DNA from: Bilabrum cf. latius
Taxonomy: Eukaryota
Direction of reading: 5' to 3'
DNA length: 64,000 bases
NCBI GenBank assembly: GCA_965178125.1
Contig: OZ237768.1
Coordinates: 62,001 to 126,000, forward strand
A program made the position numbers and the translations under genes. The notes beneath the pieces were generated by a model, which saw nothing but the letters and a program-made list of their open reading frames with translations, had not been told where the DNA came from and did not search any database. Of this stretch, positions 46,712-59,900 are shown in pieces. The number at the start of each line of letters is the position of its first letter. Position 1 is the stretch's first letter.

Positions 46712-49700
46712 TCACACAGCCTCCGCTCCCATGTGCACACTGACTGCGACCATCTTCTTGCCGGTGTCAACCGCCTTGCCCTGCTCCCGTCGAGCACCCT
46801 TGCACTCGCAGCACATGAGTGCGACCGCGATGCTGCCCAGCAGGGCGATGGCGAGGACTGCCACCACCACGACCATGAAGACCGGGATCTCGTCATCCCC
46901 CTCGTCGGATACAACGACTGCGGAGCTCGCTGCCTGTCCAGCGTCTGCCTCCAGCACCACCGCGTTCTCGTCATCCACAGTCACCTGTGCGCTAGGCACC
47001 GAAGCCGTCAGCTCCTGCAGCACCTCCGGGGCCAGCAGCTGGGGATTGATCTAGCCTTGCAGGGTGTTGGCCTCGGCAGCGTCGCGGACCTCCATCTGCA
47101 GCAGCAGTTGCGTCCCCGAGTCACCCATGGGCTCCAGCCAGAAGGTCACGTCCTCCAGGTCCACACCAGATGCGGTCACCACAGCCTCCACGAAGGACTC
47201 CGCCGCAGCGCAGCCGATCTCGGAGGGCAAGGCTCCGGCGATGTCCACGCGCACCTGCAGCAGCTGGGAGTCCATGCTGGTCACAGGAGCCTCGGCGCAC
47301 ACGACAGCCTCGTCGGTGGCCCTGTTGCGCGGGGCCACTGCGACCGGCTCGGCTGGGGCAGCGGACGCCGAGGCTGACGTGCTCGGGGATATGCTCGGGG
47401 AAGTGGTTGGGGACATGCTAGGGGACGTGGTCGGGGACGTGCTTGGGGTAGGTGTGCTCGAAGAGCTCTGCAAAGCATGAGGAAAAAGTGCAATTCCTGG
47501 TGGAGGTGGTTTACGTTGTATCAGTGCAAGTATCGTACCGGTAAGACTGGTGGGTGGCATCTCTTACAGGGCTGGTGCTGCTGCTCGGGGACTGCGGCGA
47601 GTGGAGGAACAGGCAGCATAAGGCACCCATGCCAATGAAAGCAAGCTTCGCGACTGCATCATGTCTGACACCTCGCTTGAACGAGACGCCGGTTCAATCT
47701 TTCTTGAAACTTACAGGAGTCGTTGAGCTGGAGGTTGACGGCGTCGGCGACGGCGTCGGCGTGGACGAGACGCTCGGAGTCTGCAGAACCGGGGCGGGAG
47801 CGGTAGGCAGGGTAAGGCAGGGCATGGCATGTAGTGGGTGCTTTATGCCTTGCATGGGTGTATCAATCGGCCTTGGCGGTTCTCTGGACTCACTGGGGTG
47901 GACGAGCTCGTTGTTGATGGCGACGGGGTCGGCGACGATGTCGGGGTCTGCGAAGGCAAGGAAATGAAGCGTTTGCTGGCTGAAGCATAGAGCGTGAACC
48001 TGCGGCATCTGGGAGCACGTTTGTCCGTGTTGAATGGGACTTCGTCTTACGGTGCTCGGGGTCGGCGTTGGCGGAACCACCCGGAGAACAGTCGGCTCCT
48101 TGCCGGTGAACATCGTCTTCTGCAGGTTGAAGAGCTCTAGCGCGTTAGGACGACTCGCGGGCAGCGGCATCGGCCCGTCAATGTTAATTTCATCGCCGTC
48201 GTCATCCGCAAGGCCCGATTCCCCGAATCCGAAGTGGAACACCCGGGCGCCGTGCACGCTGCGGGGAGCCACGCACGCAGAGTGCATCCCGTTCTCGCTC
48301 GTGCTCGGAGTCATCCAGCAGATGACGCCCTCGCCCGTGGGCTCCATGTGGGACGGTTCGTGGAGCTCTGTGTCATGCACGAGTGGGACACCGCCCTGGT
48401 CCACTTCTATGCGAGCGGCCGGCGACTGCATCAGGTCGAAGAAGGCCAGACTGTACTCCTCCTCCGCCTCCTGCTCGCTCCCTGCGTACGCCACTAGCAC
48501 TCCGCTGCCGTCCGACAGGAAGGAATTCGGCCCGATGAACTCGCCCTCCGTGAATAGCACCTCCCCAAAGGCAGGCGGGTCCTGTCCAGGGCCCCACTCC
48601 ACGATGCACGTGTGGTTGTCATTCGTGTCGCATGGGGCAAGCGACTTGATAGTGTAAGCATCATCGTCGTAATGGAAGCCGTCGCGTGCTGAGAAGAAAT
48701 CGCCGTAGATCACCCCGAGAGAGACAACGGTCTCGTCAACGTATCCACCTGTGGAGTTCAGTTCCACGATGTGGATCTCGCCCGTCACAAAGTTGTCGAC
48801 AGGTCCTGCCGTGGTGCTGCCACCGTTATAGCCCGGGATTCGCTGCTACTCCTCGAATGTCACGGCTACGTAGGGACTGCTTCCTCCGAACAGCGAAAGG
48901 GAAGCAGTAACGTCCGCGTTGTCGCTGCTGTTGTACACTTTATGCAGGTGCGTGAAGGTACCGTGCGGATCGGTCGAGTCGGCAGAGTACAGCTAGTAGC
49001 CCTCCTGGGTAGCCGGGTCCTCTCCCATGAAGACCATGAACCGGTCCATGGCAATCATGGGCCGAGTGTAGTCCTGAATGCGCACCCCTAGAGCCTCCCC
49101 TACGTAGGTCCGAATGTTGAGAGGCTCCGCCATGTCCACGAGGACTAGCCCGGTGTCCCAGTCGAAGGACCCACCCATGATTCCGAACGCGACCTTGGTC
49201 CCGCCGTCGAGCAACGCAAAGGTCGAGATCGGTGACATTTGGCCACTGTTGTCGTCTACCGGAGGGCCGTCCGCGATCGAGTACATGAGCCGGACAGGGG
49301 CGTGGTCTCCGTCAAAGAAAATGATCTGGCTGTCTGACCAGTCGTCCGCATCCAGCTCCCTTGGCTGCCTGAAGACAGCCCCGGCTCCCGATGTCTCCTC
49401 CAACAACACATCGTCCTCGGAGTATCGCGACACGGACGAGAGGTACCCACTACGCCTCGACGGGTGGGCCAGCGGGTGCGACGGCATGTCGGCGGCCGAC
49501 ACAAATGAGTATCCGACTGCATCGGCGGGGTCCTCCACCATGCACACCCAGCCTCGCTGCACCTCTTTGTTGGTGACGAAGCACGGGGATCCATCGCTCG
49601 ACCTTGCGAACCGCTTGTTGGTGCCCTGTGCTCCCTGGTACGACCGGCTCTCCGCGTAGATGTACCTCTTCCTCAGGCTGGCGTCCATGTCAGGGGCACC

Positions 49701-51590
49701 GTCGTATATGCCGGCCACATCCAGGAGCAGGATGCCGGCCTCGGAGCTGAGCATGACCGACTCGGGCTACCCGTCGGCGCGGCGCAGGACGAAGCCGCGG
49801 TCGCGGTACTGCTCGCGCCACTGCATGGTCTGGAAGTCCGAGAGAGCGAGCGGTACATTAGGACCTGACGGGTCCCCATTCCAGTAGGAGAAGGTGATGC
49901 CACCGGGAGACACGTCCTGCCCACTCACAAAGAGCGGATTCCCTCGGTTGTGCCTCTGCAGGAAGCCCACCCCCCCGTTCTTGCCTCGCCCGGGTAGGAC
50001 GTCCACGATAGTGCCAGCACCCGTGCTTAGCGCGGGACCCCATGTGACGGTCCCGTCCGGCGCGATTATGATCCTCATTGCAACGTGCTCATGGACGGCA
50101 CTATACGTCTCGACCGTGGTGTGCACTGTCGTCGTCCCATCAAGAGACGTTTCAGAGACTAGCATGGACTACGGAGACAAAAACCTCTCCGCCGACTGGT
50201 CAGAGCTGTCAAAGTCATCCAGACCCTGCTGGGCCTCGGTTGCATTCCCGGACCAAAAGAAGATGTCCCTGTTTCCATTCGATCGCACCTGTTGGTCGTT
50301 GGCAGAGAACAGCACGCCTCGTCCGGGGACTCCTCGGACATTTTTGACCTTGTCATCCCGGGACAGCTGCTGGTTGACCATGAGGGGCGTGATGTTGCCG
50401 GTGTCCACGTCGAACTTGATCATCTTGGTTGCTCCGCGGTTCTGGCCGCTCCTCGCCGAAAGGTAGACGGCCCGCTGCTCCTCGACCACGGCCATGGTCT
50501 CCGTTAACATGCTGCTGGCCTGCGACCACGTCCACGTCTCGCTGGATAGCGCAGCTGTCTGCGTGTCGAGGTTGTAGCAGGTGAGCATGGCGCCCGAGCA
50601 CCAGAGGTACCCCTACGCAGATGGGCTCTGGGGTGTCTTGCCGAGCCAGCACAGGGTGGAGCTGTCGATCGCATGCGTGTATACGCCATTCAACTCGTTG
50701 CAGCTTTGGTGCGGCTTGATTCCGCCCGCCCCAGGGACACTCTCGTAAATCATGCTGGCGGTTGGGGGCATGGCTGATGCATCGGCAAAGTCGACACAGG
50801 CCATCTCAAAGCCGGCCGAGGCGTTCGCGACAGCTGCAAGGCAGATCCTTGTATCCCCCATCTTGACGGCAGAGTTCGCCTCAGACGTTCCGTGGACAAT
50901 GTACAGCTGGCTGCCTGCGGGCAGTCGACGGTCCCAGCAGTAGAGCCCCTGGTTTGCACGAGCGTTTCCTCCCCCGTAGCTCATGGTGGTGCATACGACG
51001 CCCAAGGTCTCGAGCTCTATCACGCCGTAGCTCTTGTCCACAGTCATCGACGGGCCGGTGGATGGACCGCCGGGCCAGTATCCCTCCCCAAAGGCGTTCG
51101 ACACCCCCAAGCAGCCGGAGCGAGAGCCGTTGCGGTCAGCCGCCCAGAAGCAGCCGCTGCGTCAAATATGGCATGGAAGGAATAAAAAAACATTTTCACT
51201 GCTGACTGCTTGCACTGCCATCGCTTCCTGATGCCATGTCTGGAGCACTTTTTGGTTTATTAGCGTCGGCGTGTGTGGCTACACGAGCGGCTCTTCTCTC
51301 ACCCACCAAAGGAGTTCTGCTGGCCGACGATAATGTCTCCTTGAGTAATGACGGAATCTACGTCTCCGGTAGTGAAGAAGCCCACACCACCTGAGCCAGG
51401 GACAATGTCGGCGACACGCTTCACCGTCGTCGCGCTGAAGTTTCCCGTGTACTCCACGGCAACGGGCTCCGGGCCTGCGAATAATGCAAGCGCAAGAGGA
51501 TTCAAGGTCTTGGATATTGTTGTGGTATGCGAGCATCTCCCCGCGCGATTCTCGAGTGTAGAGCAGCCTGGTAATGCCATGAACAACAGA
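46712..51590 (-). CDS. Putative type I membrane cell-surface protein, copy B; 5' end approximate
   Basis: Near-identical to copy A (+7189 to +7200 offset), with the same TAG positions, splice sites and TGA stop at 46712-46714. The stalk is 12 nt longer. Confidence 0.72.
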
Positions 51591-52339
51591 GCGAGCGAGC
51601 GAGCGAGCGAGCGAGCGAGGGATTCACGTCTCTCACCGTATGCGCCCCCAAAGAAGAACCCAGCTCCCCATCCCTCCCGCTGTTTCAGGAACTGAACATA
51701 AGGCTGATATAACTCCTAGTTTAGCTCATGCACGAATGCCTTAACCGAACCACCACCGTCGATTTGCTCCAGATCAATTTCGGTGTACCTCGAGTCAAAC
51801 TGGAGAGCCACCGCAAACGCGGCAGTAGCAGCCGCTGCCCCAAGGCAGCGAGCGAAAATCAGCTACATTATACTTTTCCCGGTCTTCTTGAAGCCCTAGT
51901 CGTCTCGCCACGAAGGAGCTGTGTGAACTAAGCCGTTGGTGCACCGTGACTCGGCGGCAGCGGCGCCGCAGCGCTGGCGGAACTTCTTGAACCTCCAAGT
52001 TGTGACGTGGCGGATGGCGGCCGTGCCCGATCCAAGCTTCCAGCTCGGGCACATGACAAGCCGATTCATTATGTATTTAAGCTGGGGTTGCCACGATTTC
52101 AGCAATCGAGCTCGAGCGGGATGTTCGGCTCGGGCGCAGGTGCTTGGGGCCTGCCAGCCGTCCAGTTGGCATCACGCAGACGGTGTCCCACGACATGCCT
52201 CCATTGTCCGTATCAATGAGTGAGTCGTAGTTCGGATTGGCATCCACCTGGGCCTGCAAGACCACTGTGGGGAAGTCTGCATCCCCACCAGGAAGCTGAG
52301 CTTTTTTTTTTTTTAAGGCATTGGAGGTGCTACTGCTCC

Positions 52340-53764
52340 CGTCGTGGTCTCGTGGTCTCGTCCAACCGCGCCCTCACTCCGGTCGCAAGGGCAGGGGCCT
52401 TCAATGTGATGGACCCACCGCAAGCGATCTCATCCTCCTCCCACTCGCACGGGCAGCCGGCGCGAGGGCATCACGACCCGGCCCCCTCCTCGGCTTCAGC
52501 CGCATCGACCGCCGCAGGATCGTCTGCCTCCCACCAGTCTGGTCAGGGCACAGGACAGCCCTCGCCGCTGGGTCCTATCCGAGCCTCGGTCAGCGCGCTG
52601 GGCAAGGGGCAGGGCCTGGGCCAGCCGTCCCTTGTTTCGCTGGGGGAGAGCGTGCAGGCACAGGGGAGCGCGGCGGCGGGTGCTGCAGGACGGGCGGCGC
52701 CTACTGGTGTGACGAGTGTCCCGACTCGGCCGGTGTTGTCGTACAACAAGCGGCTCCGTGGGCAGGAGACGGAGGCACTGGGGCCCATCGGCGGGTCCAT
52801 GTCGCGTGGGGCTGCTGCCGATGCTGCTGGTGGCAATGGTGCTTCTTCGTCCGGGGGTGGAGGCGGCACCCAGAAGCAATCCCAGTCCCGGCGCGCTGCC
52901 ATGGCGGCTCGAGCAGCGGAGAGACACGGCCTCGTCCTGCCCGACGACCCCCCTGCTCCCCCTCCGCCGCTCGAGTTCAAGTCGACGGCCGAGCTGGCGC
53001 GGTCCATCGCGCGGGCCGAGGGCAAGGAGGCTTTCAGAGAGACACACGCAGTGGGCGAGGGCAAGGTAGCGGGTGCCAGCATCGGCTCCAGCACCGGGGG
53101 CATGCCGCAGGTGGGGGTCCGGCAGCAGGCCTGGGACGCGGCCGGGGGGACTGCTGCTGCCTATGGCTCTGGGTCTGGCTCTGCCTCTGGCTCGTCGCTC
53201 GTGGGGCGGTCCTCGTCGCAGCCCGCGCTGCCCAGCCTACGGGGCGATGGCGCGAGATCCGCCCCCTCTAGTCGGCAGGGCGGCAAGAGGGTGCGCGGCG
53301 GGGAGGATGCATCGCATGGCGGTGAAATGACCATGGAATCCCTGGCAAGGAGCGCTTCGGCGGCCGGGGGGATTGGCGTCTCCTCTGCGGCGGGTGGCGT
53401 GTCGTCTGCCCAGCTGCAGGCCCGGCTAACCCGCATCCTGGTGGACTCCAGCTTCGGCACAGCGTCCATCGCCGCCACCACGGGTGGCCTGGCGAGCAGG
53501 CCCGGGAGGGTGTCTGCTGGGAGCGCCCGGCGGCGGGCCGAGGAGAGAGACAGCTCGAGGAAGATCCTCGGCGCGGCAGGGAGGTATCCAGACCCGGCGG
53601 ACAAGCAGCGGTACATGGATCAGCTGGGCGGTGGGGGTAGGGGTGCAGGAGCTGCCAGCGGCAAGGGCAAGGGCAAGGGCAAGGGCAAGCGGGCGGTAGG
53701 GCGTGCGAGCAGCGGGCAGGGCCATATGAAGAGCAGAAGAGGGCCTAAGCTAAGGAGCAAGTAA
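52340..53764 (+). pseudogene. Duplicated 3' fragment of the ARM-repeat gene (copy X'')
   Basis: Near-identical to ~37850-39297, open frame to TAA 53762-53764, with an in-frame deletion of GATRHTAQGGMD. Confidence 0.6.
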
Positions 53765-53878
53765 ATGCAGTACTTGTAGCATTGATTGGTCGAAAGATCC
53801 GGATGGTATCGAGTTGCGTGCTGTTATGCGAATATCGACGCGCGCAATAAGTGTGACGTATAACGACATCCTTCTGCA

Positions 53879-56614
53879 ATGCGATCTTTGGCTGCCGTCG
53901 CTTTAGGGTAGCTGCTGGCATGCTCTGCTGCTATTGCATCGATCCCGGGATTCCCACGGTACAGCGACTATGCTGGCTCAAAGTATCGAGTGGGTTACAC
54001 AAAGCGATCCATCACCTTGAACGACGAACCTGCCCTATTTGTCTCGGGTTCGTTGCATCCTCCGCGGATCGAGCCTGCCGATTGGAATACAGCCTTTGAT
54101 CAGATCCTCGAGTCCGGTGGTAACATGGTGAGAACGGGTTCGCCTACCGTCGTCGCAAGGCCAAACAGAATCGTGCAATGATGTGCAAGGCTGCTTCCTG
54201 TGTGTCGGTATGAATGTATCGCAGGTTCAGCCATACGGTGAGTGTTGCACTCGGTGCCATGATGGCTATTTCTAGCTCCAGTCGGATCAGTTGCACTTGG
54301 CGCCACTGGCAGCAACCTCGCCTGTCACGACTGCTAGGCAACGTTGAACATGCAGCATCGCTTTTGATGACCTTCTTGTTGTATTTGCAGTCTTCTGGAA
54401 CTTCCACCAGCCGACCGAAGAGGAGTGGATCTGGGAGGGGAGAGCCAACCTCACTGCCTTCATCGAGGCTGCCGCCAACAAGGGCCTCTTCGGTGAGCAG
54501 CGTGGTCTGTCTTGTGTCAGTGCGTCCGTATGCGACTTAGGGGGCATGCTGTCCAACTCATCTCTACTTTCTCCCTTTTTGACTGGCACGCTATCCAGCG
54601 CATCCTCATCTCTACCTCTCCCTTATACCTGATCAAGTGCCCAGTGGTCCTGCGCGGCGGCCCCTATGTGTGCGCCGAATGGAGTTCGGGCGCAGTGCCG
54701 GTATGGCTGAACGGCAAGCCGGGCATCTCGTACCGCACCGAGAACGCCGTCTGGCAGCACTACATGCAGCAGTTTTTCGACCGGATCATCAAGGCCGTGG
54801 GCGAGGCCAAGCAGTTCGCCGCGCAGGGCGGGCCCGTGGTCATCGTCCAGGTCGAGAACGAGCTGCACGGCGCGCCCGACTCGTACGTGCAGTGGTGCGG
54901 AGACATGGCTCACGAGGCCGTGCAGCCGTATGACCCGGACGCCGTGATTATCATGTGCAACGGGCAGAGCGCCAACAACACGGTCAACACGTGCAACGGC
55001 AAGTCGTGCACGGGTTTCATCGAGGAGAACGGGCAGAACCACCGCATCCTGGTGGACCAGCCCCCGCTGTGGACCGAGGCAGAGGGTGGCTTTCAGGTGT
55101 GGGGGGGCAGCCCCTCTGACCCGACCTCGTACTTTTGGGGGCAGCCCGCCGCGCAGGAAGCCTTCAACATGGCCCAGTGGTTCGCGAGAGGAGGCTCCCA
55201 CGCCAACTACTACATGTTCTCCGGGGGCTCCAACCCCTCCCGGTTCGCTGGGGCTGGCATCACCCAGTACTACGCGATCGACGGGCCCGTCTGCAGCGAC
55301 CTGCTCCCCCACGAGCCCAAGTATTCGCACCTTACGGGCCTGCATCGCGCCGTGGAGTACTACGCCCCGCACATCGCCTACTCGGACGCGCAGGTGAAGA
55401 ACAAGGTGCCGGTGGAGTACTTTGACACGAGCAACAGTTCATGGGCCACGGGCACCCAGCAGTACGCCTTCGTGTACCAGTCCAGCGAGGGCACCAAGCA
55501 AGGGGTGCCCGCGGTGGCCTTTGTCGAGTCTGTGGCGAGCATCCCTCTGCGCGTCCGGTGGAGGCAGCACGAGTTTGACATGGGCCCGAATTCAGTGGCG
55601 GTGGTGGACGAGCAGGAGGGCATCCAGTGGCTCTCCAGCGCGGTGACTGCCCCTGCCGTGCACCGCGTGTACGACCCGATCGCGGACCTGGGCGCGACGG
55701 GGCTGCGGGCCGGCAACTCGCTGGACTGGAGCAGCTGGGGCGAGCCCATCACTGCGGCAGAGGCCAAGCAGGGTCCTCCCAGCAAGAGTGCCGCCTCCCC
55801 CATCGAGCAGGGCAACTTCACGAGCGGTGTCACCGAGTACATGTGGTACGAGACGGCCATGCCCTCGGGGGGCATCAAGAAAGGGGACCAGCTGTCCATC
55901 GCATCCAGGACGGCCAACTCCATGCTGCTGTTCGCTGACGACCAGTACCTGGGGGAGGCAAACGACCACTCTCACCACGACGACGACAAGGAGCTCACCA
56001 TCACCGCGAGTGCCGACGCCACCTCGGCCCAGCGGCTGTCCCTCCTCTCCGCCACGCTGGGCTACTCGAACGACATGGGCAGCGGCAGCGGCCCCAAGAC
56101 CAAGGGCATCATCGGGGCCGTGAAGCTGGGGAACAACGAGGTGCAGGGGCCGTGGACCATGCGGGGCGACCTGACGGGCAACTTCCTGGAGATCGCCTCA
56201 GCCGCTGGCAAGAGCAAGGTCAGCTGGACCAAGGGGCCGGCCACCGGCGCCGCGCAGCGGCTGACGTGGCTGCAGGCCGAGTTCGTGCTGCCCCGCGCAT
56301 TGGGTGAGGGCGAGCGGCTGCACTTCAACGCGACGGGGCTGGGCCGGGGCCACCTGTTCCTCAACGGCAACGACGTGGGCCGGTACTGGACGATCTTGCG
56401 GAACGACGGCTCCGGGCAGTTCACGCAGACCATGTACCACCTGCCCACGGCACAGCTTAATCCCGCGGGGCAGAGCAACGTGATCACCGTGGCAGAGGTG
56501 CTGGGGGCCACTGCGGTGGAGCAGCCGGGGCTGTTTGTGGCCAGCATGCAGCCGGGGTCGGGCGAGGAGCCGAGCAAGGGCTGGGGGCAGGAGATCAACT
56601 CGTGCAAGATGTGA
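53879..56614 (+). CDS. Secreted glycoside hydrolase family 35 beta-galactosidase, ~777 aa; exons 53879-54127, 54225-54237, 54391-54492, 54645-56614
   Basis: The spliced product gives GH35 motifs FVSGSLHPPR, GGNMVQPYVFWNFHQP, GLFVVLRGGPYVCAEW, QVENE (acid/base), LWTE (nucleophile), NYYMFSGGSN, YMWY and GRGHLFLNGNDVGRYW. The N-terminus is signal-peptide-like (MRSLAAVALG*LLACSAAIA). Donors are GTGAG and acceptors CAG. Stop is TGA. Confidence 0.92.
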
Positions 56615-56938
56615 AGAGAGGGAGAGGGAGCTCCAGCTCGACAAAAGGGGGCGAAGGGGAAGTGGAGTGGTTTAGCTCGGAACAAGTCGCTCGCAGACTG
56701 GTCTGGGCCACCCCATCCGCCTAGAGACACTGGAAGGAAGGAAGGAAATTCTGGTTTAAGATGCAATTCACGATAGTGTAACAAACACACAACTCGAAAA
56801 TCCGAAAAACTACTCGTACTGTGCGGTAGAACACCTAACATAGTAAAAGTAGAAATCCAAACAGGCGGGTTGTTGCGGGACAAGCCCTCGCACCCAACCA
56901 CAGCGGTCGCTGTGGCACCGGTATCCCCCAAAACTGCT

Positions 56939-59900
56939 TTAGTATCTGGGGAACGCGAACGGTGATGGGCAGATCGCGATTGATGCTGCCTGCACCGTCA
57001 ATGTTTCAGGTCGCCGCCACCACGCACGTCGGCGTGATAGAGTGGCCATGAATTCGTCTCTGAGTTGTGAGGTGGCATGTGCTGCCGAGGCGAGCCGAAC
57101 TGTCCATGCCTTATCGAGTCGGCGTTCTAGGCGTCTGAGCACCTTGCGCTAGGTAGAGCCGGAGGACCACGATCCAATGCTTGTCTCCACCCCGGGTATC
57201 TGGCAGGAGATAGCCAGCGGTAAGGGTATTCCCAGGGAGAGTGCCTTGCGGCGAACAGTCGGAGACTCCTCGAGGAAGGCTTGTACAGCTGCAATCTGCG
57301 GGCAAGTAGTGTCCAGCTCCGGATTCCTTGCGAGGAAGTGTCGAATGAGACGTTTCAGAGACCACGTACTGCGGCGATCCACCTCACTCAGCTTCTCCCG
57401 GATTGTGGGTTCATTCGCGAGCCATGGGTCCGTGCTTGTCACACTGTTGATCCACGTTTTCCTGCCTGCCTCAGTGGCCTGCCATGGAATTGTTGAAGCG
57501 CTGTGCAGGGACTCTGCTTGCGTCATGCATTCCAGGACGTGTTCCTTGGTCTTGTCCGAGGCACTGCAGGCCCTAGGGTAGTATCCTGTCAGTCTTCGGA
57601 GGAGACGACGAGAATCGGCTCCCGGCAGTCCCGTACGTACCGTTCGTGGGATGCACTTCGGTCCAAACCACTGTGCATGGGAGACTCCAAGTAGGTCGCA
57701 TAGTCCCGCACGCCTTCCACCTGGGTGTTTATCGAAGAGCCTTGCGTACTTTTCAGCATGCGAGCTTGTCTCGTGCATTTTCGGGCACTATCTGTCCAGA
57801 CTGCGATGGTGCAGCACGGCCTTGAAGCTCTCGGTATGGACCGCTCGGTCTGTCTTGGTGGTTGTCCTTAGATTGAGCACCTACAGGGCATTGCCATGTG
57901 TCTGCACGAGGATGGCTGCCATGTTTCTGAGGGGCCCACATGGAAGGTTGGTCCCCTAGATTTCGTTCGTTTCCATCAGCTTCCACAGTGAGTATCTAAT
58001 GAGGTCGAAGGAGTCCTCACTGATCCGGTCCACTGCTGCCCGGTATGTAGCGAGATCCGCTCTTGTCAGGGCGCTCGGTGCCCAGATGAGGTGTCGGAGC
58101 ATGGTGGCCCCAAGGAACATGGTGTCCACACGTTGTGGGCGTTCACAGCCCATGCCGGAGGCAATGGCATGGCGGGCGGTGTCCAGAGTTTTCTGAATCC
58201 TGCTGATAGCCTTGCTGTTGTACCTTGGCTTGTAGTTGTGTGAGCCGTCCTTCTTCGTACCAGTTTGCTAGTCCTTGTAAGATTCTGGTCTTCGCACCTC
58301 GGGGGGGTCCGTGCACGCGGCCACCGCGTGGATGCCGTCTAGGGCAGTTCCCACTACTGCTTGGAAGAGGATGGTGGAGAACTGCTCGATGCTCCAGTCG
58401 CTGTTGATTGCAGCATTGGATATTCTCTTGATGCTGGTCTCAGCCATCGCGCAGCGCCTATGCACGTGCGGCATGAGGTCAAGCAGCCGCAGTGTCTCTT
58501 GGGATCCATCGGTATGGTTCACTTCCACCGGCTTGGTAGAGATGAGGACGCCTAGGTAGTCGTATGAGAGCACCATCGGGATCTCTTCGAAGACGGGCGT
58601 GAGTTGGGCTGGGTTCAGGCCTTTCGCATTCAGTTCTTCCAGTGCCTGCTTCTGGTCCTCGATGGAGATAGCAGTCGCTCCCGAGCGGACTTGGTCCTCC
58701 GTGAGTCCGAATGAGTTGAATGCTCTACCTGTGGCAAGGATGGCCGTCTTGCTTCCCTTGCCGTTCTTGGGCTTTCGATACCCGAGCTTTCCCCCGGACA
58801 GTTCGTGATTGAGTTGTGCGGCGACCGTAGCGATAGCAGCGCCTCGCTTGTCTTGCACAATGGCTCTTTCATCATCTGCGTAGGACACCAAGGTATCTTC
58901 CGCATTGTTCGGGGGTGGTGCTCCTGATACCAGTGGCGGGATGTCCACGTCCGCCTTGTCAATGGAGATCGAGATCATCAGGGTCGCTGGATGGTTGGCT
59001 ACGGTGAACAGTAGTGGGCTAACTGGTCCACCCTGTAGTACACCGCTCGTGCGGTCAAACGGTCCTGATTTGGCGCCGCTAGGCCGGTGGAAGACGCGGA
59101 CCTCTGCCCTCATTCTACTAAGGACAGCTTCACTCTGAGCCGCGCTGACGCCGAGCTTCTTCAGCGTTAGCCGGATGATGCTCCAGTGGACTCGGTCAAA
59201 TGCACCCTTTAGGTCGATGAACAGAATGATGAGTCCTTCCAAGCCGGCTTCTGCAATCCTGGCGATAGTATCCTCTACGGCCTGGTATCTGTCACGTCGA
59301 GGAAGGAACCCACATTGGGTAGCCCCGCTGTTGCCAAAACGGATGGCGTGGTCAGGAAGCTTCTGCTGGATGATGTTTCCAAGCACCTTCATGAGTGCTG
59401 CCATGTACATGATTGGTCTGTAGTCATCCATGCACATCGGGTCGTCGTCGTGCTTGCCTTTGTATGCTACTGCCATGAAGGCTTGTCGCATGGAAGCAGG
59501 ATATCCGCCCGTCGCCATGGCTGCTACGTGCAGGGCCTTGATGGCTGCAAGCAATGCTGGTGAAGCTACCTTGTGGCCCCTTTCTTTTCGGCAGGCCCCC
59601 CTCAGCAGGTCGATCGGGATGTTGTCCGGACCAGTTGCTCGGTTCGGCTTTGCCTTCATGAGTGCACGCTAGACGTCGGCGATGTCAATCTGTGCCAGGT
59701 CGATGCCGTCTGCTTGGTGTACATGAGTCAGAAGGTGCGCTTGCACTGCCTGCAGGTCAATCTCGACGCTGTCAAGCTTTTCTGAGAATCTCTCCTTGAA
59801 TGCTTCCACGATCTCCTCTGGAGTGGTTGCCGTGTCCCCTTCTGTCGTTGTGACAGCGTGGAGCTTCGATGCAGCCTGGCGCCTACCCTGTGCGTTCTCG

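Larger units (their letters stand above)
37850..53840. repeat. X-Y-X-Y-X tandem duplication, ~7.2-kb period (X = ~1.5-kb 3' end of the ARM gene; Y = ~5.7 kb with the surface-protein gene)
   Basis: X copies lie at ~37850-39370, ~45110-46560 and ~52340-53840. Y copies lie at ~39370-45080 and ~46560-52310. ORFs recur at exactly +7200 (40494/47694, 41793/48993, 43413/50613). Confidence 0.95.

Noticed and set aside
56620-56938. Poly(A) tail or target-site duplication of the retrotransposon
   Set aside because: No poly(A) tract and no direct repeat matching the 63.2-63.4 kb side could be identified by eye. A short (TTCC)n run is suggestive only.
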